DNA of 64,000 bases from Acidobacteriota bacterium (GCA_963664705.1 OY761556.1:5376001-5440000), one strand, 5' to 3'; shown: positions 50,416 to 59,564, counted from the first letter of the stretch. The notes: generated by a model from the letters alone, not told the origin. Numbers and translations: made by a program.

Positions 50416-52185
50416 TTATCTGAAGCTGAGGTTGATGCCGAAACGCAGGGATCGAGGATTGCGGTTAAGGATCAGTTCGCCATCGTTTGTCTGGAGAACT
50501 TCTTTGCCCTGGTTGAGAACATTTCGCAAATCGATCAGGACTTCCCAGCGGCCGTTGATTGCCATGAAATCCGGAAGAGGAATCACCTGTCGTATTTCAA
50601 AGTTGGTTGATTTGGTTCCAATGTCCATTCGATCGGAGAACCAGTCCACCGGTGTTACAGGATTTCCGGGATACCAGCGGGTGGTTGCGAGAATGTTGGT
50701 TTTCGTACGCGGAATGGTGGCATCCACGCGGCCCGTGATCGAGTGCTGGTTTCGCTGCTGCAGATAGCCGCCGAGCTTCCCATCCAGGTTCCCCTGCAGC
50801 GCATTTCCATCTACGCCGGACAGGCTGAGAGCGTCACCATAAACATAATCAACAGAAGCTTTAAGTGCCTCGGAGATGCGCTGTTTGAGCGTCATGCGCA
50901 CGCCTCTCTGGCCGGATTGGTTTTCCTCCATTTCCACGACTTGCGATTGGCGCGTTAAGGGCCCGACAGTTGTGATCATTACGGGAAGGCCAGGGCCCTG
51001 AATCCGATCCTGATATACGGCGAGCGCAAGTGCTGTGTTCTGACCGAGATCTCTTTGAGCGGCAACCTCGGAATGTCGAATCTGGCTCATGCTGACATGG
51101 TTTCCTACCATGGTAATCAGAGTCGGTTCGGACAGGTTGAGAAGCTCTCCGTCGGGCAATTGGACCGTATTGGTGTCGCTGATTCGCCGCGAAGCGAACG
51201 AACTCTGAATACTCCATCCGCTGGCCGGGTGAACCAGGATTTGGATGGATGGGTAGAAAAAGCTCCTGGAGTTTCCATACTGGAGGTGCGAATAATCGAA
51301 GCCGTATTTTAAGGCCAGAAGATCCAGAAAATTTGTGTTCCCCTCGACGCCGACAGCCAGCGTGCGGACTGCGGATTCGCTTAGCCCCGTTTCCTGAGAG
51401 AGCATTTGCCGTGCAATGGAAGTGGAGCCCGGGTAGTTGACATTCATTTGACCGTATCCGACTGATACCTTGTAGTCATGGTCGTTGTCGGGGCGGTAAT
51501 TGTATGTATTGCGAAGTCGCCAGAAAGTGCCATGCCCGAAGTCGAGCTGGCCCGATAAAATCATCCGGCTGTGCTGGCTTAGCGGCTCGGCAATTGCAAA
51601 ATTGGAAGACATGCCGGACTGACTGGATTGAGGACGCGCCAGGTAATTTTCGCTGCCCAGTGCCGTGTTGGAAGCGATCTTCATCGCGCCGCTACGATAG
51701 AAAGAATTAGTGCTGCTCTCCGTATCCGGCAAGGATCCATCGGGGGCATTCCGGAAAATAAGACGCCGGTCCGAAGTGCTTCGCATTACCGTTTTCAAAT
51801 CCCAATTCCTGGGATCCTCATTGTTGGAAATGAAGCCGACGAAATTCTGAAGAACAATATCGAGAGAGGTTGTCCGGCCGGAATCCAAGGAGAATTTTGT
51901 GGTGGTTACCGTCTGATAGCCTTGACGCGAAACCTGCAGGTAATAAGTCCCCGGCGTAAGGCTGATGGACTTGAAAAAGCCTCGGCTGTCGGTCCGTGCA
52001 ATAGCCAGGGCCTCCCCGTTTCTAACTTCTCTGACGATTGTGATTACTGCGTCACTGAGAGGACTTCCAGAGACACTTTTGATGAGTCCCGTGATGCGTC
52101 CATTGCTCCCGGCCCGCGCCGTGACGGCCGGAAGGGAGAAAAGGAACAGTCCGAACAGTAGATATGTTCGAGAGAAGCGTTTCAT
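50416..52185 (-). CDS. Outer-membrane beta-barrel protein with N-terminal carboxypeptidase-regulatory-like domain
   Basis: Signal peptide, GRITG...TDSRGFF...LTPGTYYLQVS..GY, alternating beta strands, C-terminal PRSLRFGINLSF; promoter TTGACA-N17-TAAGGT at 52268-52240. Confidence 0.75.
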   Translation of the reverse strand: MKRFSRTYLLFGLFLFSLPAVTARAGSNGRITGLIKSVSGSPLSDAVITIVREVRNGEALAIARTDSRGFFKSISLTPGTYYLQVSRQGYQTVTTTKFSLDSGRTTSLDIVLQNFVGFISNNEDPRNWDLKTVMRSTSDRRLIFRNAPDGSLPDTESSTNSFYRSGAMKIASNTALGSENYLARPQSSQSGMSSNFAIAEPLSQHSRMILSGQLDFGHGTFWRLRNTYNYRPDNDHDYKVSVGYGQMNVNYPGSTSIARQMLSQETGLSESAVRTLAVGVEGNTNFLDLLALKYGFDYSHLQYGNSRSFFYPSIQILVHPASGWSIQSSFASRRISDTNTVQLPDGELLNLSEPTLITMVGNHVSMSQIRHSEVAAQRDLGQNTALALAVYQDRIQGPGLPVMITTVGPLTRQSQVVEMEENQSGQRGVRMTLKQRISEALKASVDYVYGDALSLSGVDGNALQGNLDGKLGGYLQQRNQHSITGRVDATIPRTKTNILATTRWYPGNPVTPVDWFSDRMDIGTKSTNFEIRQVIPLPDFMAINGRWEVLIDLRNVLNQGKEVLQTNDGELILNRNPRSLRFGINLSFR

Positions 52186-52304
52186 GCTGCTACGTCCTCA
52201 GCACAATAAATGCCCATTGGAGGCACCCGACGTGACAGAACCTTACCACAGCCTACAATGGCTGTCAATCAGGGCAGGTCTACGTCCACGCTATGGTTAT
52301 GGCC

Positions 52305-52781
52305 TTACGAACCGGTTTTTTGACCGGCCACCTCTTGAGACAGCATATCCGCCGAGAGGATAGAAATCTGAAACTTGGTTGCGGCCGCAGGGACCTCTTC
52401 AACGCGGATGCCGGGAGCTGCATAGGTTTGTCCCGGCAAAATTTTTGCGCTTCCCAGGGGGTGAGTTCTTGTGAATAGCACTTTCCCGGATGAATCCAGA
52501 TAGACAAACGCGAGGTGGATTCCGCCGTACGGAACGGTTCCTGTGTTTCGGATCTGAATTTCATGCAAGGCCGTGTGGGCACCTTCACGCTGCATTGTGG
52601 AGCTTTCAATCCGCAGATCGTCTGGTTGCAGCACCCTTATGGGAGATGCCTGCGACTGTTCAATGACTTCCATCGATATTTCAGCCTGCTGCTTTTCCAG
52701 TCGCCTCCCGCGAATGATCAAGCTCACAAGCGCAGCCACGAGCACCAGTGTAAGTCCCCAAAACAGAGATTTTCTGATCAT
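52305..52781 (-). CDS. Membrane-anchored hypothetical protein (FxLYD-like Ig-fold domain)
   Basis: N-terminal TM, IRNTG, FVYLDSSGKVL, ILPGQ; ATGA overlap with the upstream gene. Confidence 0.65.
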   Translation of the reverse strand: MIRKSLFWGLTLVLVAALVSLIIRGRRLEKQQAEISMEVIEQSQASPIRVLQPDDLRIESSTMQREGAHTALHEIQIRNTGTVPYGGIHLAFVYLDSSGKVLFTRTHPLGSAKILPGQTYAAPGIRVEEVPAAATKFQISILSADMLSQEVAGQKTGS

Positions 52782-54055
52782 AGTTTCGGTTCCGGAATGC
52801 GGAGCGTCGAAGCTGCTTTGCTCCATGCAAGTTTCCCCTGCACGATTGTGGCGATGCACTCCCCGGCGCCTTCAAGAATGCCGGGCAATAGTTGTCGCTG
52901 TCCCAGGTTTGATGGGATTTCCAGTACCGTCATGTCTGCCCAGTAGCCGCGCCTTAGCCTTCCCAGGACGCCCCCAAAGCCGAGAGCCGAAGCTCCGTTC
53001 AAAGTAGCCGCACGGAATATCTCCTCGCAGCGAATATCCTTGCGCTTCTTGTAGAGATATCTCATCTCATCCAGCATGCTCAGGGAGTCATTGCTGGCGA
53101 GTGAATCGGTGCCAAGGGCCATGTTGACTCCGGAATCCAGGAGTGGCCGCAGCGGATATTCGTCATGACCAAAGAAGCCGTGGCTTCGCGGACAATGCAC
53201 CACACTGCTTCCGGTATTCATGATCCGGCTTATCGATTCCTGATCCAGGTAGTTGCAGTGTACGAGAAGAGATAGCGGTCCCAGGACTCCAAGTGAATCC
53301 AGAAAAGCGATGGGTGCCTGATGCGGAGGATTCCATCCTTCCGGAAGAGCGCCCAGTCGATTGAGGAACTCGATGAACTCCCCTTTCCCCTCTTTCAAAA
53401 AATCGACTTCCGGTTTGGTTTCCGCAACATGGGTAGCAAGCGGGAGTTTCCTTTGCCGGGACAACTCCGCGATTTGGCTGTATAGTGCCGGAGCCACCGA
53501 GTAGGGAGCGTGAGGCGAGACGCCGTGGAACAGCAGGTCAGTTTCAGGCGATTCATCCAGCTGCCGTTTCAGCGACTCGAGTGCTGGGTCCACTGCGCCG
53601 GGCGATAATCCCAGCACTTCCTGAAAGACAATACGACGGAGTTTTTGATTCAGGCCTGCTTCCCAGGCAAAACCGCTGGTTGTAATGTCTCCAACCATGG
53701 TCGTGCCCGTGGCCAGCGCTGCGTCTGCCCCCATCCTTGCAGATTGAAGATACTGTTCTTTGGTCCAGAGCCGGCGCCTATCGATGAGCTGAGACACCCA
53801 ATCCGTGAAGGAATGAAATCGCGTGATCTGGCCGTGAAGGGCGGAAAGCTCCAAATGTGTGTGCGCGTTAATCAGCCCGGGCAGAATCACCGCGTCTCCC
53901 CAATCCATAACCTCGATTCCCGGTATGGATGGCGCATCCTGCCAGGGCTCCACGCGCGAAATACGGCCCGGGCTGGAGATATGGACCGCAGCGTTTTGCA
54001 GCAGGAGATCCGGTTCGGCCAGTACATACCTGGCCCTGTGTACGGCTTTGAGCAT
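52778..54055 (-). CDS. Metal-dependent amidohydrolase (nucleoside-deaminase-like)
   Basis: PGLINAHTHLE, SPHAPYS, HVAET, VHC, LGTDS; start uncertain. Confidence 0.88.
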   Translation of the reverse strand: MLKAVHRARYVLAEPDLLLQNAAVHISSPGRISRVEPWQDAPSIPGIEVMDWGDAVILPGLINAHTHLELSALHGQITRFHSFTDWVSQLIDRRRLWTKEQYLQSARMGADAALATGTTMVGDITTSGFAWEAGLNQKLRRIVFQEVLGLSPGAVDPALESLKRQLDESPETDLLFHGVSPHAPYSVAPALYSQIAELSRQRKLPLATHVAETKPEVDFLKEGKGEFIEFLNRLGALPEGWNPPHQAPIAFLDSLGVLGPLSLLVHCNYLDQESISRIMNTGSSVVHCPRSHGFFGHDEYPLRPLLDSGVNMALGTDSLASNDSLSMLDEMRYLYKKRKDIRCEEIFRAATLNGASALGFGGVLGRLRRGYWADMTVLEIPSNLGQRQLLPGILEGAGECIATIVQGKLAWSKAASTLRIPEPKL

Positions 54056-54279
54056 AGTTATTCCGGGAATCATATTAAGCGGATAACCTCTTAAGGTCCA
54101 TAATTTGATTTGCGGGCGAAGGAACGACCGCTTATCTGTCTCCAATTTGCAAATTGTAGAATCAGCGAGCTGCCGCCATAATTAGAATTTTGTTTTTCGG
54201 GCTTGGAGCTGCCATTATGCTCCAGTATATTGAGGACTGCGGATAGGCTTTAATACGGTCAGAAGCGGGGGGGGCGAAT

Positions 54280-55230
54280 ATGGCAATTTTACTTAGAGAA
54301 TCGGACGTAGAGAAGTTGGCCACAATGAAAATGGCCATCGAGGCGGTCGAACAGGCTTTCAAACTTCAGGCAGAGCAAAAAGCGGATGTTGCCCCTAGGC
54401 GCCGATGCCGTGTGGAACACGGGATGCTTCACGTGATGAGTGCGTCCCTCCCCACTCTCGGATATGCGGGCTTGAAAAGCTACACCAGCGTAGCCGGCAA
54501 AACCCAGTTTCTTGTTCTGCTTTACAAAGCCGATGGGCAGCTGGCGGCCGTGATCGAAGCGGATAAACTTGGTCAACTGCGGACAGGCGCGGCAAGCGCC
54601 GTGGCAACCAAGTATATGGCGCGCTCGGAGGCTTCGAGGCTTGGCATTATCGGGACCGGATTTCAGGCACGCACCCAAGTTCAGGCGATCTGCGCTGTTC
54701 GCTCGATCAAGACGGTTCTTGCATATTCGAGGGATGCCAAGAAGCGGGAACAGTTCTGCAAAGATATGACCGAATTGGTCGGAATTGGCGTCTATCCGGC
54801 CGGCTCTGCCGAGGAAGCGGTTCGAGAGGTAGACATCGTTGTTACCGCTACGAATTCGAAAGATCCCGTGATCAAGGGTGAATGGCTGTCCAAAGGGCTT
54901 CACGTCAATGCAATTGGAGCGAATGCGCTGTCTCGTCAGGAGCTGGATGTAGATGCTGTTGGAAAAAGCGCCTGTGTGGTTGTGGATTCGGTGGAACAGG
55001 CGAAGCTGGAAGCGGGAGATCTCGCGCGTGCCGCTGAAGCCGAGGCCTTTTATTGGGAAGATGCAAGGGAATTAGGTTTGGTCGTAACCGGCGAATTTCC
55101 CGGCAGAGAAGACGCCGGCGAAATCACCTTATTTGAATCCCAAGGCATTGCTCTCGAGGATGTGGCTCTTGCCCTGCGCATCTATGACCAAGCGGTGAAA
55201 GCCGGCATGGGAGAGCGGTTACCCTTCTAG
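54280..55230 (+). CDS. Ornithine cyclodeaminase/mu-crystallin family protein
   Basis: LRTGAASAVAT, GTGFQA, HVNAIGA, FESQGIALED. Confidence 0.92.
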   Translation: MAILLRESDVEKLATMKMAIEAVEQAFKLQAEQKADVAPRRRCRVEHGMLHVMSASLPTLGYAGLKSYTSVAGKTQFLVLLYKADGQLAAVIEADKLGQLRTGAASAVATKYMARSEASRLGIIGTGFQARTQVQAICAVRSIKTVLAYSRDAKKREQFCKDMTELVGIGVYPAGSAEEAVREVDIVVTATNSKDPVIKGEWLSKGLHVNAIGANALSRQELDVDAVGKSACVVVDSVEQAKLEAGDLARAAEAEAFYWEDARELGLVVTGEFPGREDAGEITLFESQGIALEDVALALRIYDQAVKAGMGERLPF

Positions 55231-55316
55231 CGCGTTCATAAGTTCTGCACTGCTGATGCAGCTTTGCTGCGGCTTTTAAACCAGGCCCCCTTTCCAGTCA
55301 TTCGAAAGGAACCCAT

Positions 55317-55736
55317 ATGAGAGAAGCTGTGGATTACGAGGCAGTGACTTCCGCGCCCGTTGAAGAAATTGTTGAGTTGTATAAAGCAGCCGGCTGGTGG
55401 CAGGAAAGCCCGGAAGCACGTGCCGCCATACCGCCAATGATCAAGGGCAGCTTCTGCTTTATGGTGGCCCGCTCCATCGAAGGGCGGATTGTTGGCATGG
55501 CGCGCGTTATTTCAGATGGCTTTAGCGACGCATATATCCAGGATGTTGTCGTTTTGGCAAATTACAGGGGCCGAGGTGTTGGAAAAGAACTTGTCCGCCG
55601 GCTCACGCAATTCTGCGTTTCCCGTAAAATTGCCTGGATTGGTTTGGTTGCTGAACCAGGAACCCAGAGTTTGTACGAGGATCTCGGGTTTGGCCCCCTT
55701 GTTGGATATCAGCCGATGTTGTTTGGCAAACGATAA
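55317..55736 (+). CDS. GNAT N-acetyltransferase
   Basis: VGMARVISDG, AYIQDVVV, YRGRGVG acetyl-CoA motif. Confidence 0.9.
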   Translation: MREAVDYEAVTSAPVEEIVELYKAAGWWQESPEARAAIPPMIKGSFCFMVARSIEGRIVGMARVISDGFSDAYIQDVVVLANYRGRGVGKELVRRLTQFCVSRKIAWIGLVAEPGTQSLYEDLGFGPLVGYQPMLFGKR

Positions 55737-56659
55737 TGAGTGAGTCTTCGTTTCTGGGTTTTGAGTTCGCGCCTGTTAAGTCCGAGGATCGCAACACTCT
55801 TAGCGAATTTCTCAAGCGGTATCCGCAGCGGCTATCCGGGTATACCTTTGCAATGCTGGCCGCCTGGGACTCGTATTTTCACTACGAATGGACCTTTGCG
55901 GAACCGGAGCTTTTGCTTATTTCCTGCACCCTTGAACCCCATGCCCATCGGCATTTGCTGCAACCCGTAGGACCTGCTTCCGATTCTCTACTCCAAGGAA
56001 TTACGCGCAGTGCTGCCGACCTTGCTTATCCGTTGAAAATCATCGGCGTAACCGACAGCTTCCTGAGAATGAACACACTTCTTTCCGGATCGTTCTCTGT
56101 CGCCGAGGATCGGGCGGTCGCGAATTACCTGTACAGCGCGGAAGCGCTGGCACAACTCTCCGGGCGCAAATATTCCAAAAAGCGCAATCTTCTGTCCCAG
56201 GCGACAGGGCTGTATCGCTGGGTATGCGAACCTCTGCACGCCGGGATTATCGATAAGTGCTTTTCGGTCCTGGATTCGATCACCAATGAGGAGCATCCCG
56301 AGGTTGAGGGTATGTTGAAACGGGAACTTGCTGCCCTCAATTGCACGCTCCGGAACGTCAATGATTTTAACCAAAAAGGCCTCGTTGTATCCGTGGAAGG
56401 CCGTCCCGTTGCGTTTTCTATCTATGAAGCAATCAGTCCCACAACCGTGGCCATCCACTTCGAAAGGGCGCTGCGCAGCTATAAGGGACTCTATCAGGTA
56501 GTAAACCTCGAAACCGCCAGGGTGATCGCTGCCGAGGGTTTTCAGTTTATCAATCGGGAAGAAGACCTCGGAGACCCGGGGCTGCGTGATGCGAAGATGT
56601 CGTACCATCCTATTGAGATCGTCCCCGCCTACGAACTGACCTATAAAGCTGGATCATAG
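55736..56659 (+). CDS. Stand-alone DUF2156 (aminoacyl-tRNA transferase fold) protein
   Basis: NYLY, LSGRKYSKKRN, IHFERA, YKGLYQ, FINREEDLGDPGLRDAKMSYHP. Confidence 0.88.
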   Translation: MSESSFLGFEFAPVKSEDRNTLSEFLKRYPQRLSGYTFAMLAAWDSYFHYEWTFAEPELLLISCTLEPHAHRHLLQPVGPASDSLLQGITRSAADLAYPLKIIGVTDSFLRMNTLLSGSFSVAEDRAVANYLYSAEALAQLSGRKYSKKRNLLSQATGLYRWVCEPLHAGIIDKCFSVLDSITNEEHPEVEGMLKRELAALNCTLRNVNDFNQKGLVVSVEGRPVAFSIYEAISPTTVAIHFERALRSYKGLYQVVNLETARVIAAEGFQFINREEDLGDPGLRDAKMSYHPIEIVPAYELTYKAGS

Positions 56660-56703
56660 CGACCCTCCTTGCCCACACATGCAAACTTGTACTCCGAAAT
56701 CCT

Positions 56704-56770
56704 GAACCTTGCGTAGGGTGTTTTCGTCTTTAATCTGGCAGTTTACATGCCGGCAATTATGATCTATAGT
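56704..56770 (+). promoter_or_regulatory. Tandem promoters of dksA: ECF-type (GAAC-N17-CGTC) and sigma70-type (TTTACA-N17-TATAGT)
   Basis: Motifs at 56704-56728 and 56742-56770. Confidence 0.55.
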
Positions 56771-56804
56771 TTCACTTTTTCATTGAGATAGAAGAGGCTT
56801 AGCA

Positions 56805-57146
56805 ATGAACAAGAAGGATCTCAAGAAATTCAAAGCCGCGCTTGAGCAAAAACGCGACTCCATCGTCAACGCGACGGGTAAGAAAGCCCACTGGGAAAAT
56901 ATGGAGGATACGCGGCACGGAGATTTCGTGGATCAGGCCAGCGATGATAACGAGGTCCATGTAAATCTGCGACTCCTTCAGATTGACGCAAAACTGCTTC
57001 GCGCGATTGAAGCCGCCATTGAGAGAATTGACAACGGCAATTATGGCACGTGCACGATCTGCGAAGAGGAAATAAGCATCGCGCGGCTGAATGCCGTCCC
57101 GTGGACTTCCGTTTGTATCGCATGTAAAGAGAAAAAGACGGCCTAA
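56805..57146 (+). CDS. dksA: DksA/TraR-family C4 zinc-finger regulator
   Basis: DFVDQA (DxxDxA tip), YGTCTIC, RLNAVPW, CIAC. Confidence 0.88.
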   Translation: MNKKDLKKFKAALEQKRDSIVNATGKKAHWENMEDTRHGDFVDQASDDNEVHVNLRLLQIDAKLLRAIEAAIERIDNGNYGTCTICEEEISIARLNAVPWTSVCIACKEKKTA

Positions 57147-57334
57147 TCCCGAATCCATCCCGCCTTTTCCCCCCCAGCCAGGAAGTGTCTGTTCCGAGGG
57201 AAGCCATGTCCGCTATCTCACTCGGGACGGCGCCCGACACAACGCAATCAACTCAACCATTTAGTAGCCAAAAAAATAGGGTCTAAGTGTGTTATCGTGT
57301 AAATTGGAATTTATTCCCGTAAAAAGGAGATCCG

Positions 57335-57889
57335 GTGGCCAGAATCTATACAAAAACGGGAGATGATGGAACCACGGGCAGGATTGGTGGAGATCGCGTT
57401 CCCAAAGATTCCCCGTACCCCGAGGCTGTTGGGGCGCTTGACGAACTGAATGCTCTGATTGGAATCGTATGCAGCATGGAAGCACCGGCGGATGTCCGGA
57501 CATTGCTGCAGAGCTTGCAGGATGATCTTTTTCTGGTTGGAGCCCAGCTGGCAACACCAGAGGGGACGGAGTCCAGGAGCCAGGAAATAGACGATCGAGA
57601 TATTCGGAGATTAGAACGTGAGATTGACGGCATCGAAAGCAAGCTCGAGCCGCTAAAGCAGTTCATTCTTCCCGGCGGCTCGATTGCGGGTGCCCACCTT
57701 CATCTCGCGCGATCCGTTGCCCGCAGGGCTGAGCGTTGCATCGTGGCACTGTCCAGGATTGAGAAGATCAGTCCCAAAATCTTTCAGTATCTTAACCGCC
57801 TCTCGGACCTGTGCTTTGTTCTCGCCCGATATGTGAATCAGTCCCAGGCGATTCCCGAGTCTCATCCAACCTTCGGGAAAGCCCGGTAA
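57335..57889 (+). CDS. pduO: PduO-type ATP:cob(I)alamin adenosyltransferase
   Basis: RIYTKTGDDG, GALDELN, FILPGG, ARRAER, YLNRLSD. Confidence 0.93.
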   Translation: MARIYTKTGDDGTTGRIGGDRVPKDSPYPEAVGALDELNALIGIVCSMEAPADVRTLLQSLQDDLFLVGAQLATPEGTESRSQEIDDRDIRRLEREIDGIESKLEPLKQFILPGGSIAGAHLHLARSVARRAERCIVALSRIEKISPKIFQYLNRLSDLCFVLARYVNQSQAIPESHPTFGKAR

Positions 57890-58130
57890 AGCTCGAGTTT
57901 GTGCTGCAGCCTCTGTTTCATTGAAGGTTTTTTGCGCGGGTGACCGAAGTCCGGAATCCAAAAGGGTTTTTACACCTGCCGGAATGTGCCGGGAACGGGG
58001 ATTGGAAGTGGTAGAGCTAAGCCCGACCTGGAGCCGGCCGGGCTTATTCGTGTCGCGTATGAACGTAATTATGAGGCTCTAATGTTCTTTGAGCAGCGCC
58101 AATATAGGATCCGCCCTTGCGATAAGGGAA

Positions 58131-58166
58131 ATGAAAAACTTTGATATCCGGATCAGACTAACTTAT
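58131..58166. promoter_or_regulatory. Two LysR-type T-N11-A boxes
   Basis: ATGAAAAACTTTGAT (58131-58145) and ATCAGACTAACTTAT (58152-58166), 21 bp apart, upstream of lysR. Confidence 0.6.
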
Positions 58167-58227
58167 GCTAGGCAAATCATAGGTCTATCCATGATTTGCG
58201 GATGGTCCCGCCTTGCTGGAGGATTTT

Positions 58228-59118
58228 ATGCAAATCGAAACTCTTAAGGTTTTTTGTGATCTGGTAGAAAGCAGAAGCTTCTCTCGCGCCGCAGTCCGCA
58301 ATTTCATCACTCAATCGGCGGTCAGCCAGCAAGTGAAGAACCTGGAAACGCGATTTGAAACACAGTTATTGCGCAGAGATGGCAAGTCTGTAAGCCCAAC
58401 ACCGGCGGGGCGTGTTTTTTATGAACGCTCACGCAGCATCCTGGACAGCTTCGAACATATGCAGTTGGAGATGAAGTCCATTGGCCAGGATATGGGCGGA
58501 AGCGTGCGCGTCGCGACCATCTATAGCGTAGGGCTTTACGAGATATCTATCGTTGTGAAGACCTTCCTGCGAATCTATCCCAAAGTGAATCTGCATGTCG
58601 AGTACAGCAGCGGAGCACGCGTCTATGAGGATTGCCTGCGAGGCGCGCTGGATCTCGGGATTGTCACCTATCCGGAAGCAAGAAAGGGACTCAGGATTAT
58701 CTCCCTGCCGGCCGACAAACTCGTCCTTATTTGCGCCCCGGATCATGCACTTGCCAAAAGACATCATGTTGACATCCATAAACTCAATGGATTGAATTAC
58801 ATAGCTTTTGAGAAAGGGATCGCGAGCCGGCGGGCTTTGGATCGCATTTTCCAGGAGCACGGGATTCAGGTGAATATCGTGATGGAATTCGACAACATCG
58901 AGACCATCAAACGCAGCGTGGAAATTGGCGCCGGCGTTTCGATCGTTCCCCTGTTGAGCGTTCAGAAAGAAGTGCAAAGCGGCTCTTTGGTACAGATCCA
59001 CTTTACTGACAAGAACTTCTACCGACCGTTGGGCGCTATTGTCCGGAGCAAACAGCCGCTGACTCCGGCGGCAAAGAAGTTTATCGAGTTGATGCAAAAT
59101 CCGCAAAAGAGCTCCTGA
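58228..59118 (+). CDS. LysR-family transcriptional regulator
   Basis: SFSRAA..NFITQSAVSQQVKNLE HTH, PTPAG, FDNIETIKRSVEIGAGVSIVP; GGAGG RBS. Confidence 0.95.
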   Translation: MQIETLKVFCDLVESRSFSRAAVRNFITQSAVSQQVKNLETRFETQLLRRDGKSVSPTPAGRVFYERSRSILDSFEHMQLEMKSIGQDMGGSVRVATIYSVGLYEISIVVKTFLRIYPKVNLHVEYSSGARVYEDCLRGALDLGIVTYPEARKGLRIISLPADKLVLICAPDHALAKRHHVDIHKLNGLNYIAFEKGIASRRALDRIFQEHGIQVNIVMEFDNIETIKRSVEIGAGVSIVPLLSVQKEVQSGSLVQIHFTDKNFYRPLGAIVRSKQPLTPAAKKFIELMQNPQKSS

Positions 59119-59175
59119 ACCATTTTCGCCACCGAGTCATCTCTGATAGTTAGACAGATAAAGAGAGAGGTGGTT

Positions 59176-59550
59176 ATGAAGAAAGGAGCTGTTTTTGCAG
59201 GTTTATTTGTTGTGCTGTTCCTCGGAGCTGTCATGACAGCCGAGGCAGGCACGCATTATTCCTTTGGCTTCAGTGTGGGCGTTGGTCCGGCTGTGCCTTT
59301 CGGCTACTATCCTTACCCGGCATACCCGTATCCTGCCTATCCTCCAGACTATTACTCGGGCTATTACTCCTACCCGTACAACTACTATTACTATCCATCC
59401 TACAGAACGTACGCGGCGCCCCGCTATTATTATGGCCCGCGGTACAACGATTCCCGCTCTTATCGACGCGATCGTGATCGTGATAATGGAAACCGTTGGA
59501 ATCGTGAAGGACGGTCGAATGGCCGGTCCCGTTCAGGACGATGGCGATAG
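59176..59550 (+). CDS. Small secreted Tyr/Pro-rich protein with Arg-rich tail
   Basis: Signal peptide (AEA), YPYPAYPYPAYPP repeats; GAGG RBS. Confidence 0.8.
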   Translation: MKKGAVFAGLFVVLFLGAVMTAEAGTHYSFGFSVGVGPAVPFGYYPYPAYPYPAYPPDYYSGYYSYPYNYYYYPSYRTYAAPRYYYGPRYNDSRSYRRDRDRDNGNRWNREGRSNGRSRSGRWR

Positions 59551-59564
59551 TTCTTGCCTCAAAA

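Noticed and set aside
57147-57334. Cobalamin riboswitch upstream of pduO
   Set aside because: AGCCAGGA and AGGGAA fragments are in the wrong order; no GCCACTG or B12 box
57960-58110. 6S RNA, SRP RNA or tRNA interpretation
   Set aside because: No long closing stem with central bubble, no SRP GGAAGCAGC motif, no cloverleaf
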